64,000 bases of DNA from Narcine bancroftii (taxonomy: Eukaryota), in NCBI RefSeq assembly GCF_036971445.1, contig NC_091478.1, positions 95,418,001-95,482,000 on the forward strand. Direction: 5' to 3'. This document shows positions 1-43,139 of this stretch, in pieces; positions within the stretch are counted from its first letter, which is position 1, and each line of letters opens with the position of its first letter. Position numbers and translations under genes: made by a program. The notes under the pieces are model-generated. The model saw only the letters and a list, made by a program, of their open reading frames with translations, ran no database searches and was not told the origin of the DNA.

Positions 1-149
1 AGCAGTTGATGTGTTAAAAGTCCAACGGTTCCTGGGAGTCAGTTATACTGCAAGGAAATAGGCTCTTTGGCCAAATGCACCCTTGTGGACCAAGCTAGTC
101 CTCCCATTTCCTGCTGTTGAATAAAGACCATGGGGTACAAGTCCATGGT

Positions 150-1055
150 CCCCTAAATGTAGGATCAGTGGTGGTGGAAGTGTATGGCATGCTGACCTTC
201 ATTGGCTGACACAGTGAGTATAAGAGTTGGGACATCATGTTATATAAAAAAAGTATTGTGTACAGTTCTGGACATCCCACTTGATGGATAATAACAGGCC
301 AGAGGGATAATGATGCTGCGTGGAGTGGTGGGCTTGAGTTATCAGAGAGATTGGACAAAGCTGGGACTATTTCGCTTTGAGTGGAGGTTGCTGGGTGACC
401 TGATGAGTGATACAATGTTTGTGACAGATAGTGTTGCAGGCCAGTGTCTGCTTTTCGTGGAAAGGATGTTCAAACCGAAAGAGTACAGGTTGAGAGGGAG
501 GATGTTCACAGGGGGATCTGATGGGTAAGTTTTTTCACTTTGGTACAATTCTGATTGCCCCATTACAGGAAAAATGTGGAGTCTTTGGAAAGGCTACAGA
601 AGAGGTTTACCAGGATTAGAAGGTAATGAGTTATGGGGGAGAGTTTGGACAAACTTGGGGTGTTTTCTCTGGAGCATTGGAGACCAAGGGGAGACCTGAT
701 AGAGGTGTATAAAATGACGAGTAGCATTGATAGGGTGGACTGTCAGAGTCTTCCTCCTCAGGTAAAAATGACAAATACTACAGAACGCGCATTTAAGATG
801 TAAAGGGGGTCGGGGAGATGAAGATGTGCAGGGTGTGTTTTTACACGAAGTGGTGGGTGCCTGAAAGGGGCTGCAAGGAGTGCTGGAAGCAGATAGAATT
901 ATCGTGTTTAAGAGGCTTTCAGATAGACATATGGATATGAAGCACACGGTGGGAAACAATCACATGGAGATAGTTTTTATTGAACTGGTACCATGCTCAG
1001 TGCAGGTATTGTGGGTTAGAGGGCCTGTTCTTGTGCTGTATTGTTCTGTGTTCAC
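150..1055 (+). mobile_element. Degenerate CR1 3' fragments
   Basis: Decayed CR1 3'-end motifs (tacagttctgg, agaggtttaccaggat, gggagacctgatagaggtgtataaaat, agggcctgttcttgtgctgta). Confidence 0.7.
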
Positions 1056-1533
1056 ACAACAGGAATGAGCTTGCAGAGGTGGTGAAAGCAGGAACAATAA
1101 TCCCAGTTACAAGCCCATTCTGCCCATGGGCATAACAGGGCTTGCAGCAACCTGCCTCAATATTGGCAGCCCTTCCAAAACATGCCTCTGCAAACTTAGA
1201 AAGTGATACTTTGCAAGTCACCGATAACTGAAGCCAGCACCGATCATGGTGGAACACCGTACTCCAAAGTGTGAACAGCTGGAGACATGCAGCATCTACA
1301 GCAACCTTTTCCCTTCCACTCACATCCCACTTTAAGTAATCGCTATGCCATAGGTGCTCTGTGATTATAAGGGATTGCTTAAGGTGGGATGTGAGTGGGA
1401 AGGGAAGGCTGAGAATCAGTGCTCTAGACCCAATTGTTACTGAAATATTTTGCTTGAGAAAAATTGTCATTGGCCCATTTCTTTTGGAGTTCTGAAACAG
1501 TGCACATAACAAGTCAATGAGGTACATTTCAAA

Positions 1534-1666
1534 CAGTGGTTTTCAAACTTTTCCTTTCCACCCACATACCACCTTGAACAATCCCTTACTAATCACAGAG
1601 CACCAATGGCATAGGGAATACTTAAAAGTGTAATGAGAGTGGAAAGAAAAAAGTTGAGAACCACTG
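1534..1666. mobile_element. hAT-like MITE
   Basis: TIRs cagtggttttcaaactt ... aagttgagaaccactg; a second, oppositely oriented copy at about 1302-1421. Confidence 0.7.
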
Positions 1667-2703
1667 ATCTATAGGAAGTAAAAGGCAGTCTATGTTTTGG
1701 GCCTGAGCTCTTCATCAGGAAGGAATAGGCTCAGAACTGAAAAGTTGGCTCCCCTTTACTTCCTATGTATACCATGTGAGTTGCTGAGTTTCCGCACATT
1801 TGTACACTGCAGTCGACCTCAGTGTTCGTAGACTTGGTCAGCGTGGTGGGCAAATACCAAAGGGCCAGTTTCCATGCCGTATGATTCCGTAACTATAAAT
1901 TTGAATTTTAACCTGCCTGCTACCCAACAAACAATTCTAAACCTTGACCCCTTACTGGATACACTCAGTCTTCCCCACTAAACTACTATTTGGAACCCCT
2001 AAACACATTGACATTTAGTGCTCCAGCCCATTCACCCTTCGTTTCCACTTGCTGTTTGAAATCTACACTAACCAGTCTCTCTCCCTCCCTCCTTCGGCAG
2101 AGATTCTATTAAAACCCCTGATATCCAGCACCTACTGGTGAATTTTCTAGTTGCTTGAGATTGTGTGTTGCATGGATTTGCAAACTAACAGTGAGGAGCT
2201 ATTTTTAAACTTCCGTAATTTTTTTAACCAATTAATTTTCCTTGATTTTTTTTTTTGCCAGTTGCTTGAATTCTGGATAAGAGGTTTTACTGTACTTTCT
2301 TGGGCATCTGGACAGGTACTTGAATGAAGCAGCGAGATGCAGGTAAGTGGGATTATTGAAGAAATGTATGGTGGTGGCACAGCCACAGCAGGCAAAGGGG
2401 CTTCTTTGATACTGCACCACTCTGTGGCTTTATGATGTTAAGCTCTCCTTGTTCCCTGGACTGTTCTAAATTTCTACCAATATTCCCTCTGTGCATTTAT
2501 TAACCAGTGTAAGTGGACTCCTAATATCTCCACTCTAGATTCTTTTAAAATGCTCAGCTGTCTGGACCAAGGACTTTATCCTCTTTTGTAACTAATCTCA
2601 TGTTATTCTTTCTCCTTGGTCTGTGCTGAGCGAGTGGCATTGCCTGGACACCTAACACTCCCATTTCTACAGCTCCAGAGTACATTCAGGCTGATTGTCC
2701 TCA

Positions 2704-33956
<31,253 letters not shown>

Positions 33957-34569
33957 GGCGTGCGGGTAAATGGGACCTGCGAGCAAAGAGAATCTGCTGC
34001 TTGCACTTCGGGGCCCGAACGAATGCTTCCCACTCCAAACTGCTACAGTGTATCCGGGCAAGGTGCTGGCTCCGCCAATTAGCAGCGTCCGAACCGCCGA
34101 CTGCCGGCGCGCTCAACCAATAGTTCTCTGGGGCGCGTCTGATGTCACAATACCATGTAGAAGTGGCTGGTCATGTTGCACCCTTTCGAAGCAACGCTGT
34201 TGCATTAGGCCCCTTTCACACCGCCAAATAAGGTGGGTTGAACCGGCCAATTTAGCGGGTCCGTAGCGGGTAATCTTGGGGTTGTGAAAGGTCCCAACTG
34301 GGTCGGGCGACCGGACTTGCCTGCGTGCGTGCGACAGCCTGGCGGGAAAAAGGTCAGTGTGGTCAGATAGTTTAGAGATAAAGGTCAGTGTGTTCTTCTT
34401 TGGTAAACTTTTAGTGTAGTTTGTAGTGTAGTGGAAGGATTTTAGTGTAGCTTTTAGACTAGTGTGTAGTATTGTTAATATTGTCTGCTTTGGAAGTATT
34501 TTAGTGTATTTTTAGTGTAGTGGAAAGACTCTAGTGAATCTTCGAAAACAGACTTTTACTGTTTTGATA

Positions 34570-35170
34570 ATGGCAGCCTACTGGGGGGATGGAGAGGTGC
34601 GGGAGCTGCTCTCCATAAGAGCAGAGATGGCCAAACATTTTACTCGCACTGTAAAAGATGGCCTAATTTATCAGAGGATAACCACCAGGCTCAGGGAGGC
34701 AGGGTTTTTAAGGGACAAAACCCAAGTTATAAATAAACTGAAGAATATGCGCAAGAGATTTCTTCAGCTGAATGATCACAATCGTAGGAGTGGAAGAGGG
34801 CGGATGGAGTGGCCTTACTTTGATTTGGCCTACCAGATCTGGGGTGTCAGCCCATCGGCATCCCCTGTGGCCCTGATATCAAAGATGGAGAGGCCAGAGT
34901 CCAGCGAGAACCCATGTCCCACCGAGACAGCCACCTCCAGCGAGATATCCACCCCCAGTGAGACCCCTGTCCCCAGCAAGCTGGGCTACCATAACAAGAC
35001 TGGTCACCTCAGTGAGACTGGCCAACCCAGTAAGATGGACAATCCCAATGAGGCGGCCCCCATCAGCGAGATGACCTCGGAGCCCATGCTCTCAACCAGT
35101 GTGAAGGACATGTCCACGAACGTCACAAATGCCTCCAGCAGGTTCACGGCAGAGCCACCACAGCAGCCAG
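34570..35170 (+). CDS. Myb/SANT-like (trihelix, Myb_DNA-bind_4 type) protein, exon 1
   Basis: MAAYWGDGEVRELLSIRAE...IYQRITTRLREAGFLRDKTQVINKLKNMRKRF...RRSGRGRMEWPYFDLAYQIWG fits the trihelix W..E...LL / G..R...Q...K.K.L / WPYF pattern; phase-1 donor CAG|gtaaaa at 35170/35171. Confidence 0.85.
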
Positions 35171-35274
35171 GTAAAACTGCATTGCGCACGAACACAATTT
35201 TTCCAAAGTGTTTCCTCAGTGTTTGCCCATGAAGAAGCCATCTAACTTATTTCACGTGTTCCATTGCTCTGCAG

Positions 35275-35621
35275 GATCGGAGAGGAGGGGGAAGAGGAGG
35301 AGACTCACCCGGTCGCAGGAGGTTACTGCGGAGATCCGAGGGCTGCTGATGGAGATCGACCAGAAAGACCAGGAGCGTGACCGCCTGCGTCATGAGAGGA
35401 GAGCAGAGCGGGAGGAGAGGATGCAGCGTGCACACCATAGTGTGTGGGAGCGCAGCATGGATCGGTTTGCAAGCATGATCGCAAGCCTTCAACGTGATAT
35501 CCAGGAGCAGACTGGCATGATGCGTGAAATGCTGCGTATGATGGGCTCTCCTGCACGCCCCCCTGCGCCACAATCCTCCCTCCACCCTCTGCCCTCCCCT
35601 GATTCAAGTGGGAGAGGTTGA
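35275..35621 (+). CDS. Myb/SANT-like protein, exon 2 (basic NLS-like stretch plus coiled-coil)
   Basis: Acceptor ttccattgctctgcag ends at 35274 and joins exon 1 in frame (G+GA=Gly). Reads SERRGKRRRLTR..., then an E/R-rich helix; TGA at 35619-35621. Spliced CDS 948 nt = 315 aa. Confidence 0.8.
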
Positions 35622-36849
35622 TGGAGGAGTGTCAAGGAGCCCTGGCTTCCTCCTGCTGCCTACCCTCCCTTCACACATCCCCTCTCCCTGCCCCGTGGTG
35701 GAGCGAGCATGCCCCCACTCCCTCGGTGAAGACGTACAGTCTGCAACCTTTGCTGGGAGGGCCCGCGTGTCTAAAGGTTAAAGGATGAAATCCAATCTGA
35801 AGGAGGAACTTGCCTTCAAATAGATAACTGTCCTTTCATCCACGACAGTGTAAAAAGTGAAAGGGTTGCTTTTATTTAGTATTTTTTATTGTCTTAACGA
35901 GCGATGATACACACAAAATAGTGTTAAACTGGAAAGGATGCAAAAAATAATTTGAATTTCTGTCTCATGTCATATTATGCTCATTAGTAGTCATTACTAT
36001 TGTAGTTCGTGTATTTTACCAATCTGTATAGGGCTGCAGAAAGTAAGAATTCTATCTATACATTGTATCATATAAAAAAAACTATCATGTGTATATAAAG
36101 ATTATCACAAGGGTGACAGGTTTGAATTAATACAGAGAGGCTGGGTCGGCTGCCACTTTTTCCCCGGAGAGAAGGATGCTGAGGGATGACACAGAGGTTT
36201 ATAAAATCATGCGAGGCATGAACGAAGTGAATGGTCAGTCTTTTACTCAGGGTACAAGAGTCCAAACCTAAGGGGTGCAAATTGAAGGAGAAAGGTGAAG
36301 GGTCCTGGGGGTGGTGAGTGTGTGGAACAAGCTGCCAGAGGAAGTGGGACTATTTTGACGTTTATACATTTGGACAGGTGCATGGATAGGAACGCTTAGA
36401 ACAAAACAGTTCATGATTGTGCAGAGGATAATGTCCAAACCCAAACTTAAGAGGGATGTGGGTCAAATGCAGGTGAATGGGACTGGCTTGGTCGGCATGG
36501 ACAAGTTGGGCCGAAGAGCCTATTTCTGGGCTGTAAATTTTGCCCTCTACTCTTTGAGGCAGGACATTGCACTCTGTCAAATCAATTCCAGCAAATCACC
36601 ATCTGGGTTACTCTCTGCAAAGTGATGTAAGGGAATGCTGACAATACTCTTCAGTGGTTTACACTCCCTTGGGATTGAGGGCCTCTTCCATCTGCTTCAG
36701 GTGTGTAGGTGCCCAGGTGACGGATAAATTGTTGAAGTACAGACTCATCCACAGTAGGGCAGGATATGCCTGACAGAGCAGGTGGGTGACTGGTTGGAGG
36801 TTATGCCATGCACTGACAGGTGCTTAATGCTATCCAGAATTTTCAGCAC

Positions 36850-36997
36850 TTTTAAGTCCAGTTTATTGTCATCTGATAGTACAAGTACAACCTGATGAAA
36901 TGGTGTTCTCTGGTCCTCGGTGCAAAACATGCTGACATAAAACCAGATAACATATGTATAGACAAACAATACACATGCAGGACAAGTATTCATGAAC

Positions 36998-37059
<62 letters not shown>

Positions 37060-38110
37060 TTGTGGTATCATGAATATGAGAGTCTCGGATGGTCAATGTG
37101 AGTAGTTCCTTTGGTTGTTCAGCGTTCTCACTACCCATGGGAAGAAGCTGTTCCTCAGCCTGGTGGTGTTAGCCCAATGGGAGCAGCTAAAAGATGCTGT
37201 GTGCTGGATAGAAGGGATCCTCACTAATTTTGTGTGCCCTTTTCAGACAATGATCTTGGTAGATCTTGTCGTTGGGGGGGGGGGGGAGACTCCCGTGACC
37301 CTCCCTGCTGCTTTTATGGTCCTGTGGTTTGCCCTCTGATCCATTTCTCTGCAGCAACCGTACCACACTGTGATGCAGCCGGCCAGGACGCTCTCGATAG
37401 AGTTCTGATAGAAGGTTTACATGATGGTGGCTGGTAGCCTTGCCCACTTCAGTCTTCTCAGGAAGTGCATTCACTGTTGCACCTTCCTGATAAGTGAGGA
37501 GATGTGTGTCCACGATAGGTCACTAGTTATGTGAATCCAAGGAACTTGGTACTGACCACTTTCTCTACTACAGTTTTGTTGATGTGTAGTGAAGGGTGGC
37601 CATTCCTGGTCCTCCTAAAGTCCATGATCATCTCCTTCACCTTGTCCACGTTGAGACTCAGGTTGTTATTCTCACACCATTTTATGAGATTTTTCACTTC
37701 TCTGTAGTCCGACTCATTGTTGCTGATGAGGCCAACTGCTGTGGTGTAATTTGCAAACCTGATCACACTCTCTGTTGGAGCTGATGTGGTGATGAAATTG
37801 AGGGTTAGTAGCATGAACAGGAGCAGCTGACATACAGCCCTGAGGTGCGCAAGTGCTCGACCCGTTAGGAAGTCCAGCATCCAATTAGAGAGAGGGGTGT
37901 TGAGTCCCAGCTTCTCCACCAGCCTCTGGGAAATGACCATATTAAGTGCCAAGCTGATGTCAATGAGCAGCAGGCCTGGTGTATGAGGGGTCGTTCTCCA
38001 GGTGGGTCAGGACGGAGTGAAAGGGTAAGGCTATAGCATCGTCTGTGGAACAGTTTCTTCTAGAGTGAATTGAAATGGGTCCAGTGTCTCTGGGAGGTGT
38101 GCTTTGATGC
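36850..38110 (-). mobile_element. Degenerate Rex1/L2-like LINE 3' part, containing a (CA)n tract
   Basis: [10 protein letters not shown], decayed FADD ([16 protein letters not shown]), [23 protein letters not shown]. Confidence 0.75.
37002..37053. repeat. (CA)n microsatellite
   Basis: About 26 CA units. Confidence 0.95.
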
Positions 38111-39869
38111 ATAATGGAGGAGGTTACAGGGTGGAGTCATTGAGGCCTGTTATTGTCACCCTCTTGGTGGTAATCAGTGCAGGTGAGGTACCACATCTCA
38201 TCCATGATCGCACTCAGCACCGGCTCTCCTCAACGATTCTGTCCCTTCCTGCAATCCCTCTTCCTTAACATGCTGTCCTTGCTTGGTACTAACTGACCCT
38301 TCTTTTCACTGTAATGATGTTCTTTAAGTGGCTGTTTGAATGTTAGAGATCCGTAGCAGTCTGCTTGCAGAACCCTGTACTAGGTATTTTGTGACAAATA
38401 AACCAATACTTAGCAATGTAAGCAGAACCGGGCATTATCATTAACAGCCTTGGCTCCACCCAAAACATCAAACATTCTTTGTCTCCCACTGATGCAGCTC
38501 GCCCTGCTGAGTTCCTCCAGGTTCCAGAATCCACAGTCTCTTGTGTCTCTCTAGACTTTATCACCACTAATTACACCAGCATAACTGCAAAAAAATGGTG
38601 GAAACGTTCAGTAAGTCCAAGAGTGTTAAAACAGTGTTAAAACAGGCCCTTGTCCATACTGTCAGGTTGTCTGTCTAAACCCATTTGCGTATCCCTCTCA
38701 CCCTTGCTGTCCATGTACCTGACTAAATGTCTTTTATTGTCCCAAACATTATGGTGCCCTGAAATGAGGGGACTACATATACAAAGTATTGTAATTTCTA
38801 CATGGTCAAACCAAAATGTATACAAATAACTTGAATAAAATCCAGAATGTGTACTTTAATTCCATGTGAATTATTTGATTACAAATTTAAAACTGTGGAG
38901 CTCAGGGACAATTGAAGGAAAAAAGTGTATTTGTCCCAACATAATGGAGGGCACTATATATTCGTCAGTGACCTCGTGGTGTTGCAGAAGCCGAGGACTG
39001 TCGCATGGCACCGGAAAACGGGTAATCCACCCCCTCCCCCCCCCGTTTGAGAATGAGAAGCAAAGCAGATGACCCATGGGATGGTGACCATGGCAGTGGA
39101 CTAGTGAGAGACTCTGGGGCTGAAGGACACACAGGCGGCGGGTTGCTCGTAGTTCAAGGGGTGGAATCCATGCAAGCTGTGGGCTGCTGGCGACTGGGGT
39201 CAAGGGCCTTGCAGCAGGCTGCAGAACTCTGGAGACTGGCTGAAGGGGTACCAGGTATTGGAACTGAGATGTGAGAGAATGCGAGGACGTTGAGCCCGGA
39301 TTGCCGATAGTTTGGTGGCTGTGGAGGCTGCAGGAGCCCTGGAGTCGAATCTATGGACTCTCAGGGGATATTCTCTTCTGCTTCTTTTTCTCTGTAAGGG
39401 GTGCCGTGCAATTTCTGCTGATAGCTCAAGGAAGTTTTGTGTAATATCACATTCTCTGTTTTATTACGTGGCAATAAAAGAACCTTGATCTTGAAACTTG
39501 AATTTAAGGTGAGAGGGGAGAGATGTCAAGGGGCCTGAGGGGCACCTTCTTCACACTGAGGGCTGGGGGTGTGTGGGATGAGCTGCAGAGGAAGTGGTAG
39601 AAATGGCGACTGTGGCTTAAAAGTCATTTGGTCAGGTAGATGGATGTTCAGAGGGATGTGGGCCTAATACAGGGAAATGACTCGAGCTTAGGTCAGCATG
39701 GATGAGTTGGGCCAAAGGGCCTGTTCCTATGCTGTATGATTTTATGACTGCATTGTACATTCATGGTCCTCAGACACACATCGTGCACACATCTGGTTTT
39801 TTCCTCATTCCACATTATGATTTTGTTTAGATATTATCAATCCATTGTTAATCTATCCCTTTTTTGTGT

Positions 39870-41210
39870 TTTCTTTTTAAAATATATTTATTGAATTTAA
39901 TTAAAAAAACATACACACATATAAATCCAACTATAAGAAAAGACAGATAATTTGTTCTTCTCAAATAGTACCTTAACCATACATAGTATAAACTGTGTGT
40001 ATCCTTCTCAACCCATTTTGTCAAAATATCTCAAAAGAAAAAAAACAGTAAAGAAAAAAGGACCACTCCCTCCCAGTTAATCGAACCCCTCCCTCTAAAC
40101 CAGGTTAACTTGCATATCAAATATACATAGGAAACAAAAGATGACGTTCGGAAACCAGACAGCACTTCTGAGGAGCAGCCAATATGCTCCATGAACGGGC
40201 CCCAGGTCTTCGTAAAAATTCACTGTGCATCTGATTTATTTTCTAAACTTAGGGAGGACGTAGCTTCCTGTAACCAGTGAGTATGAGTAGGGTGGAGCGC
40301 TGTCTATCCATTTCATCAAAATTGCCCGTCTCACTATCAATGAGGTAAAAGCTAAAATTCGCTCTGAGATGAAGTCAAAATATTTCTTCTTCTTGAGAAA
40401 ACCAAATAAAACAATCTTGGGGCCTGGTTCTAATCTGATCTTAAAAATGACTGATAAAGTTTGAAAAAAAATTACAAAAATTTTCTAATCTAGGGCAAGC
40501 CCAAAACATATGGATCAATTGAGCCTCAAAAATATTACACTTTTTTTTGAATATTTTATTTTTGATTTTCCAAAGACTTGTGCAAATCCAATTAACAAAA
40601 ATATTATATTCTCTTTCCACGTAATATGATTTATTTCCCTTCCCTATCCCTTAAATTACACAAATGCCAAAATATAAAAATGCAAACATACAGAAACCAC
40701 CTAAATACTGACAAAGACAACAATCCCCTTCGAGGCCAGAGGACCTCGGATGTTAAATAAAGACAAAAATTTTACACTTGGTACATATTGAATCGATATC
40801 AGAATAGATGGGAGGTAGATTAACTTTTGAAATATGTGCTCTTTGCACCATTTTGAATTGCAGCAAACAATGTCATGCACAGAAGGAGCATTCATTAATC
40901 AGATTTAGAACAGTGCCCCAAACCTCATCTGTAAGTGACAAATCCAAGTCATGTTCCCAATCACTCTTGATCTTAACTAGTGAGGCTTTTCTCGTCTATG
41001 AGAACATTGAAAGTCAAAAAATAAATCAAGAATGTTTGTTGATTTTCAGAAATCCGTGGAAAATCAGAGAACTTGGACTGAACAAAATGTCTGATTTTTT
41101 TTTGTCTTTTGCCAGAACAGTTTTATTTGTAAAATATTCCAGTCACAAGCAACTATTTCTCACTGATCTGCTCCGGCATAATTCTGATGATGCCAGAATC
41201 ACCTGGATTA
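39870..41210 (-). mobile_element. Old decayed L1-like fragments
   Basis: AT-rich sequence with remnants resembling the L1 ORF2 C-terminus and 3' UTR; no long ORF. Confidence 0.5.
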
Positions 41211-42886
41211 GTAATGGAGAGTGTGTACACCTCCGCAGTGTTTACCATAAGTAGTACTTCGCTCAATATTGTTGCTTCTGTAATGATGCAGACCAGACTT
41301 AGTCAACATGGCATAGTATAGAATTCCATTTCTGATTTCTTCAGGGCTGTCCTTCACACGACCTGCTCTTGGCCTGTCATGGCAGCCAGGCACAGCAGAT
41401 GGCGGTATCCACCAACACAATGGTAGAGGTGACCAAATTTACAGATGCTCAAACGTTTCTTTTTATTGTCAAATAATAATACACAATAATATATGATATG
41501 CTTCCACCATTTGCCTGCTTAAAGGCAAACTAAGATTGCCATGAACATTGCTTAGCACCCCCAATAATAAGAGAAAGAGAAGCATAAGAGATCCTCTTCA
41601 GAGACACTGAGGGTTTGTGGATTTGCCACCAGCACTTCTGCAGCCTCATAGACTCCTGTTCAAACCATTGGCAACCCGAGCTTCAGATTCAAGCCTCTGA
41701 TATGATCAGGAAGTTTTCAATGCCTGAAGGCCCTTCAAGGGCCCTTCTTGCTCTCAGCACCTTCTTTAATTCTGGTTCCGATACTTGGTTCCTCATGAGC
41801 TGGTCTCCATCAGCCTGCAGCCTGGTGTGAGTCTTTCGACTGCAAACCACCAACAGCCCATAGCTGCTGCTGAGCCCCTCATTGGTCCACTGCTGTGGTC
41901 ACCTTTCTGCATGGTACGCTGCCCAAGACAGGTGCTGACATGTTGAGCACAGATCTCTGAGGTTGCTAGATGTTAGAAAAAAAACACGGTCATCTCCTCT
42001 AACATACTGTTTAAAGCCTGTATGGAGCCATTGGCATCATGACCGGGCAGTTGGACCCTGCAGAGAAGGGTTGTGTCTCAGTTCTGCACCAGTAGCAGTG
42101 TTGCTGTTACCAGCAGCTCCAGAACCGCCATTTTTTAGGGGTCTAGTGCAGATCACAAAAGAGCTGGAAAAACTCAGCAGGTCACACAGCATCTGTTGGA
42201 ATTAAAAGGTTATTGATATTTTGGGTCTGGGCACTTCGTCACGACATCGAGTGAAGCTGCCTCCACCCAGTGAAGGGCTTGGGTTTGTGGGGTCAAACAG
42301 CAGCTGATCAATGCCTGCTGAGCTCAGGCCTGCAGTGGTGGCACGGAGCCCTGTGGCTGGGAATATTACAGCCGGCAGCATTCCCTTACAGTGAACTTGT
42401 TGTAACGGAAGACCAACAGGTTTCAGGGAGACCAGAATGGGCCTTTCACCCAACTGATGATCAATATCATCTCCTTGTGTGTATCCAGGATCAGCTGGAG
42501 GTTCAGACAGTCCTCTGTTACGTGATTATTTTGGATGAACTTCAACGAGAACCTTGCATCCTTTTCCTGACATTAACGTGAATGGCTACAGTTAGTGCCA
42601 AACCTGGGCCATCATGGGCTCCAACCTCCTGTCAATTGAATACATCTATGTGAGGTGCTGCCTCATGAACCCAACATCATAGGACCCTTATCTCCCTGGT
42701 AAAACCTCTTCTCACTGCTACCTTTGGGCAGAAGGTACAGAAGCCTGAGGTCTAATGCCTCTGGGATCAAGAGCAGTTTTTGCACAACAGTTATCATGCT
42801 CTTGAACCTAACCCTAACCATAAATTACTCTGTAGATCTGCTGCACAACTGAAAGGTCCCATGATGTCAAAGGAGTGGGTGGGATG

Positions 42887-43139
42887 GATGAGTGGAAGTC
42901 CGAGATCCATCACCCTCCTTCCCTGGTCCACCAATCACCTCCTGGCTGCTGGGTGAATGGAAGTCTGAGATCCATCATCCATTCTCTGGTCCACCAATCA
43001 CCTCCTGGCCGCTGGGTGAATGGAAGTCTGAGATCCATCATCCATTCTCTGGTCCACCAATCACCTCCTGGCCGCTGGGTGAATGGAAGTCTGAGATCCA
43101 TCATCCATTCTCTGGTCCACCAATCACCTCCTGGCCGCT
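42887..43139. repeat. 63-bp minisatellite, about 4 copies
   Basis: Unit gggtgaatggaagtctgagatccatcatccattctctggtccaccaatcacctcctggccgct, starting at 42951, 43014 and 43077, plus a diverged first copy. Confidence 0.92.

Larger units (their letters stand above)
34208..35865 (+). mobile_element. Probable Harbinger/PIF-derived element lacking transposase
   Basis: TTA (34205-34207) followed by GGCCCCTTTCACAC, resembling vertebrate Harbinger termini with their TTA/TAA target; encloses the Myb-like gene. Right end uncertain: only a 9-bp complement, GTGAAAGGG, at 35857-35865. Confidence 0.5.

Noticed and set aside
2232-2300. KQLAKK in ORF 2232-2420 as GPI exon 18 (VELGKQLAKKIEPEL)
   Set aside because: Flanking residues (SYPEF / KIKEN) do not match, there is no VELG or suitable acceptor, and the DNA resembles a tacagtaaaacctc-type MITE end with an A-run. 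The true exon 18 is probably outside the window.
34534-35232. Single-exon 232-aa reading starting at GTG
   Set aside because: ATG 34570 has good context, and GT-AG splicing 35171-35274 gives a more coherent 315-aa protein.
42803-42820. Telomere-like cctaaccctaacc
   Set aside because: Only about two units, within a LINE remnant.
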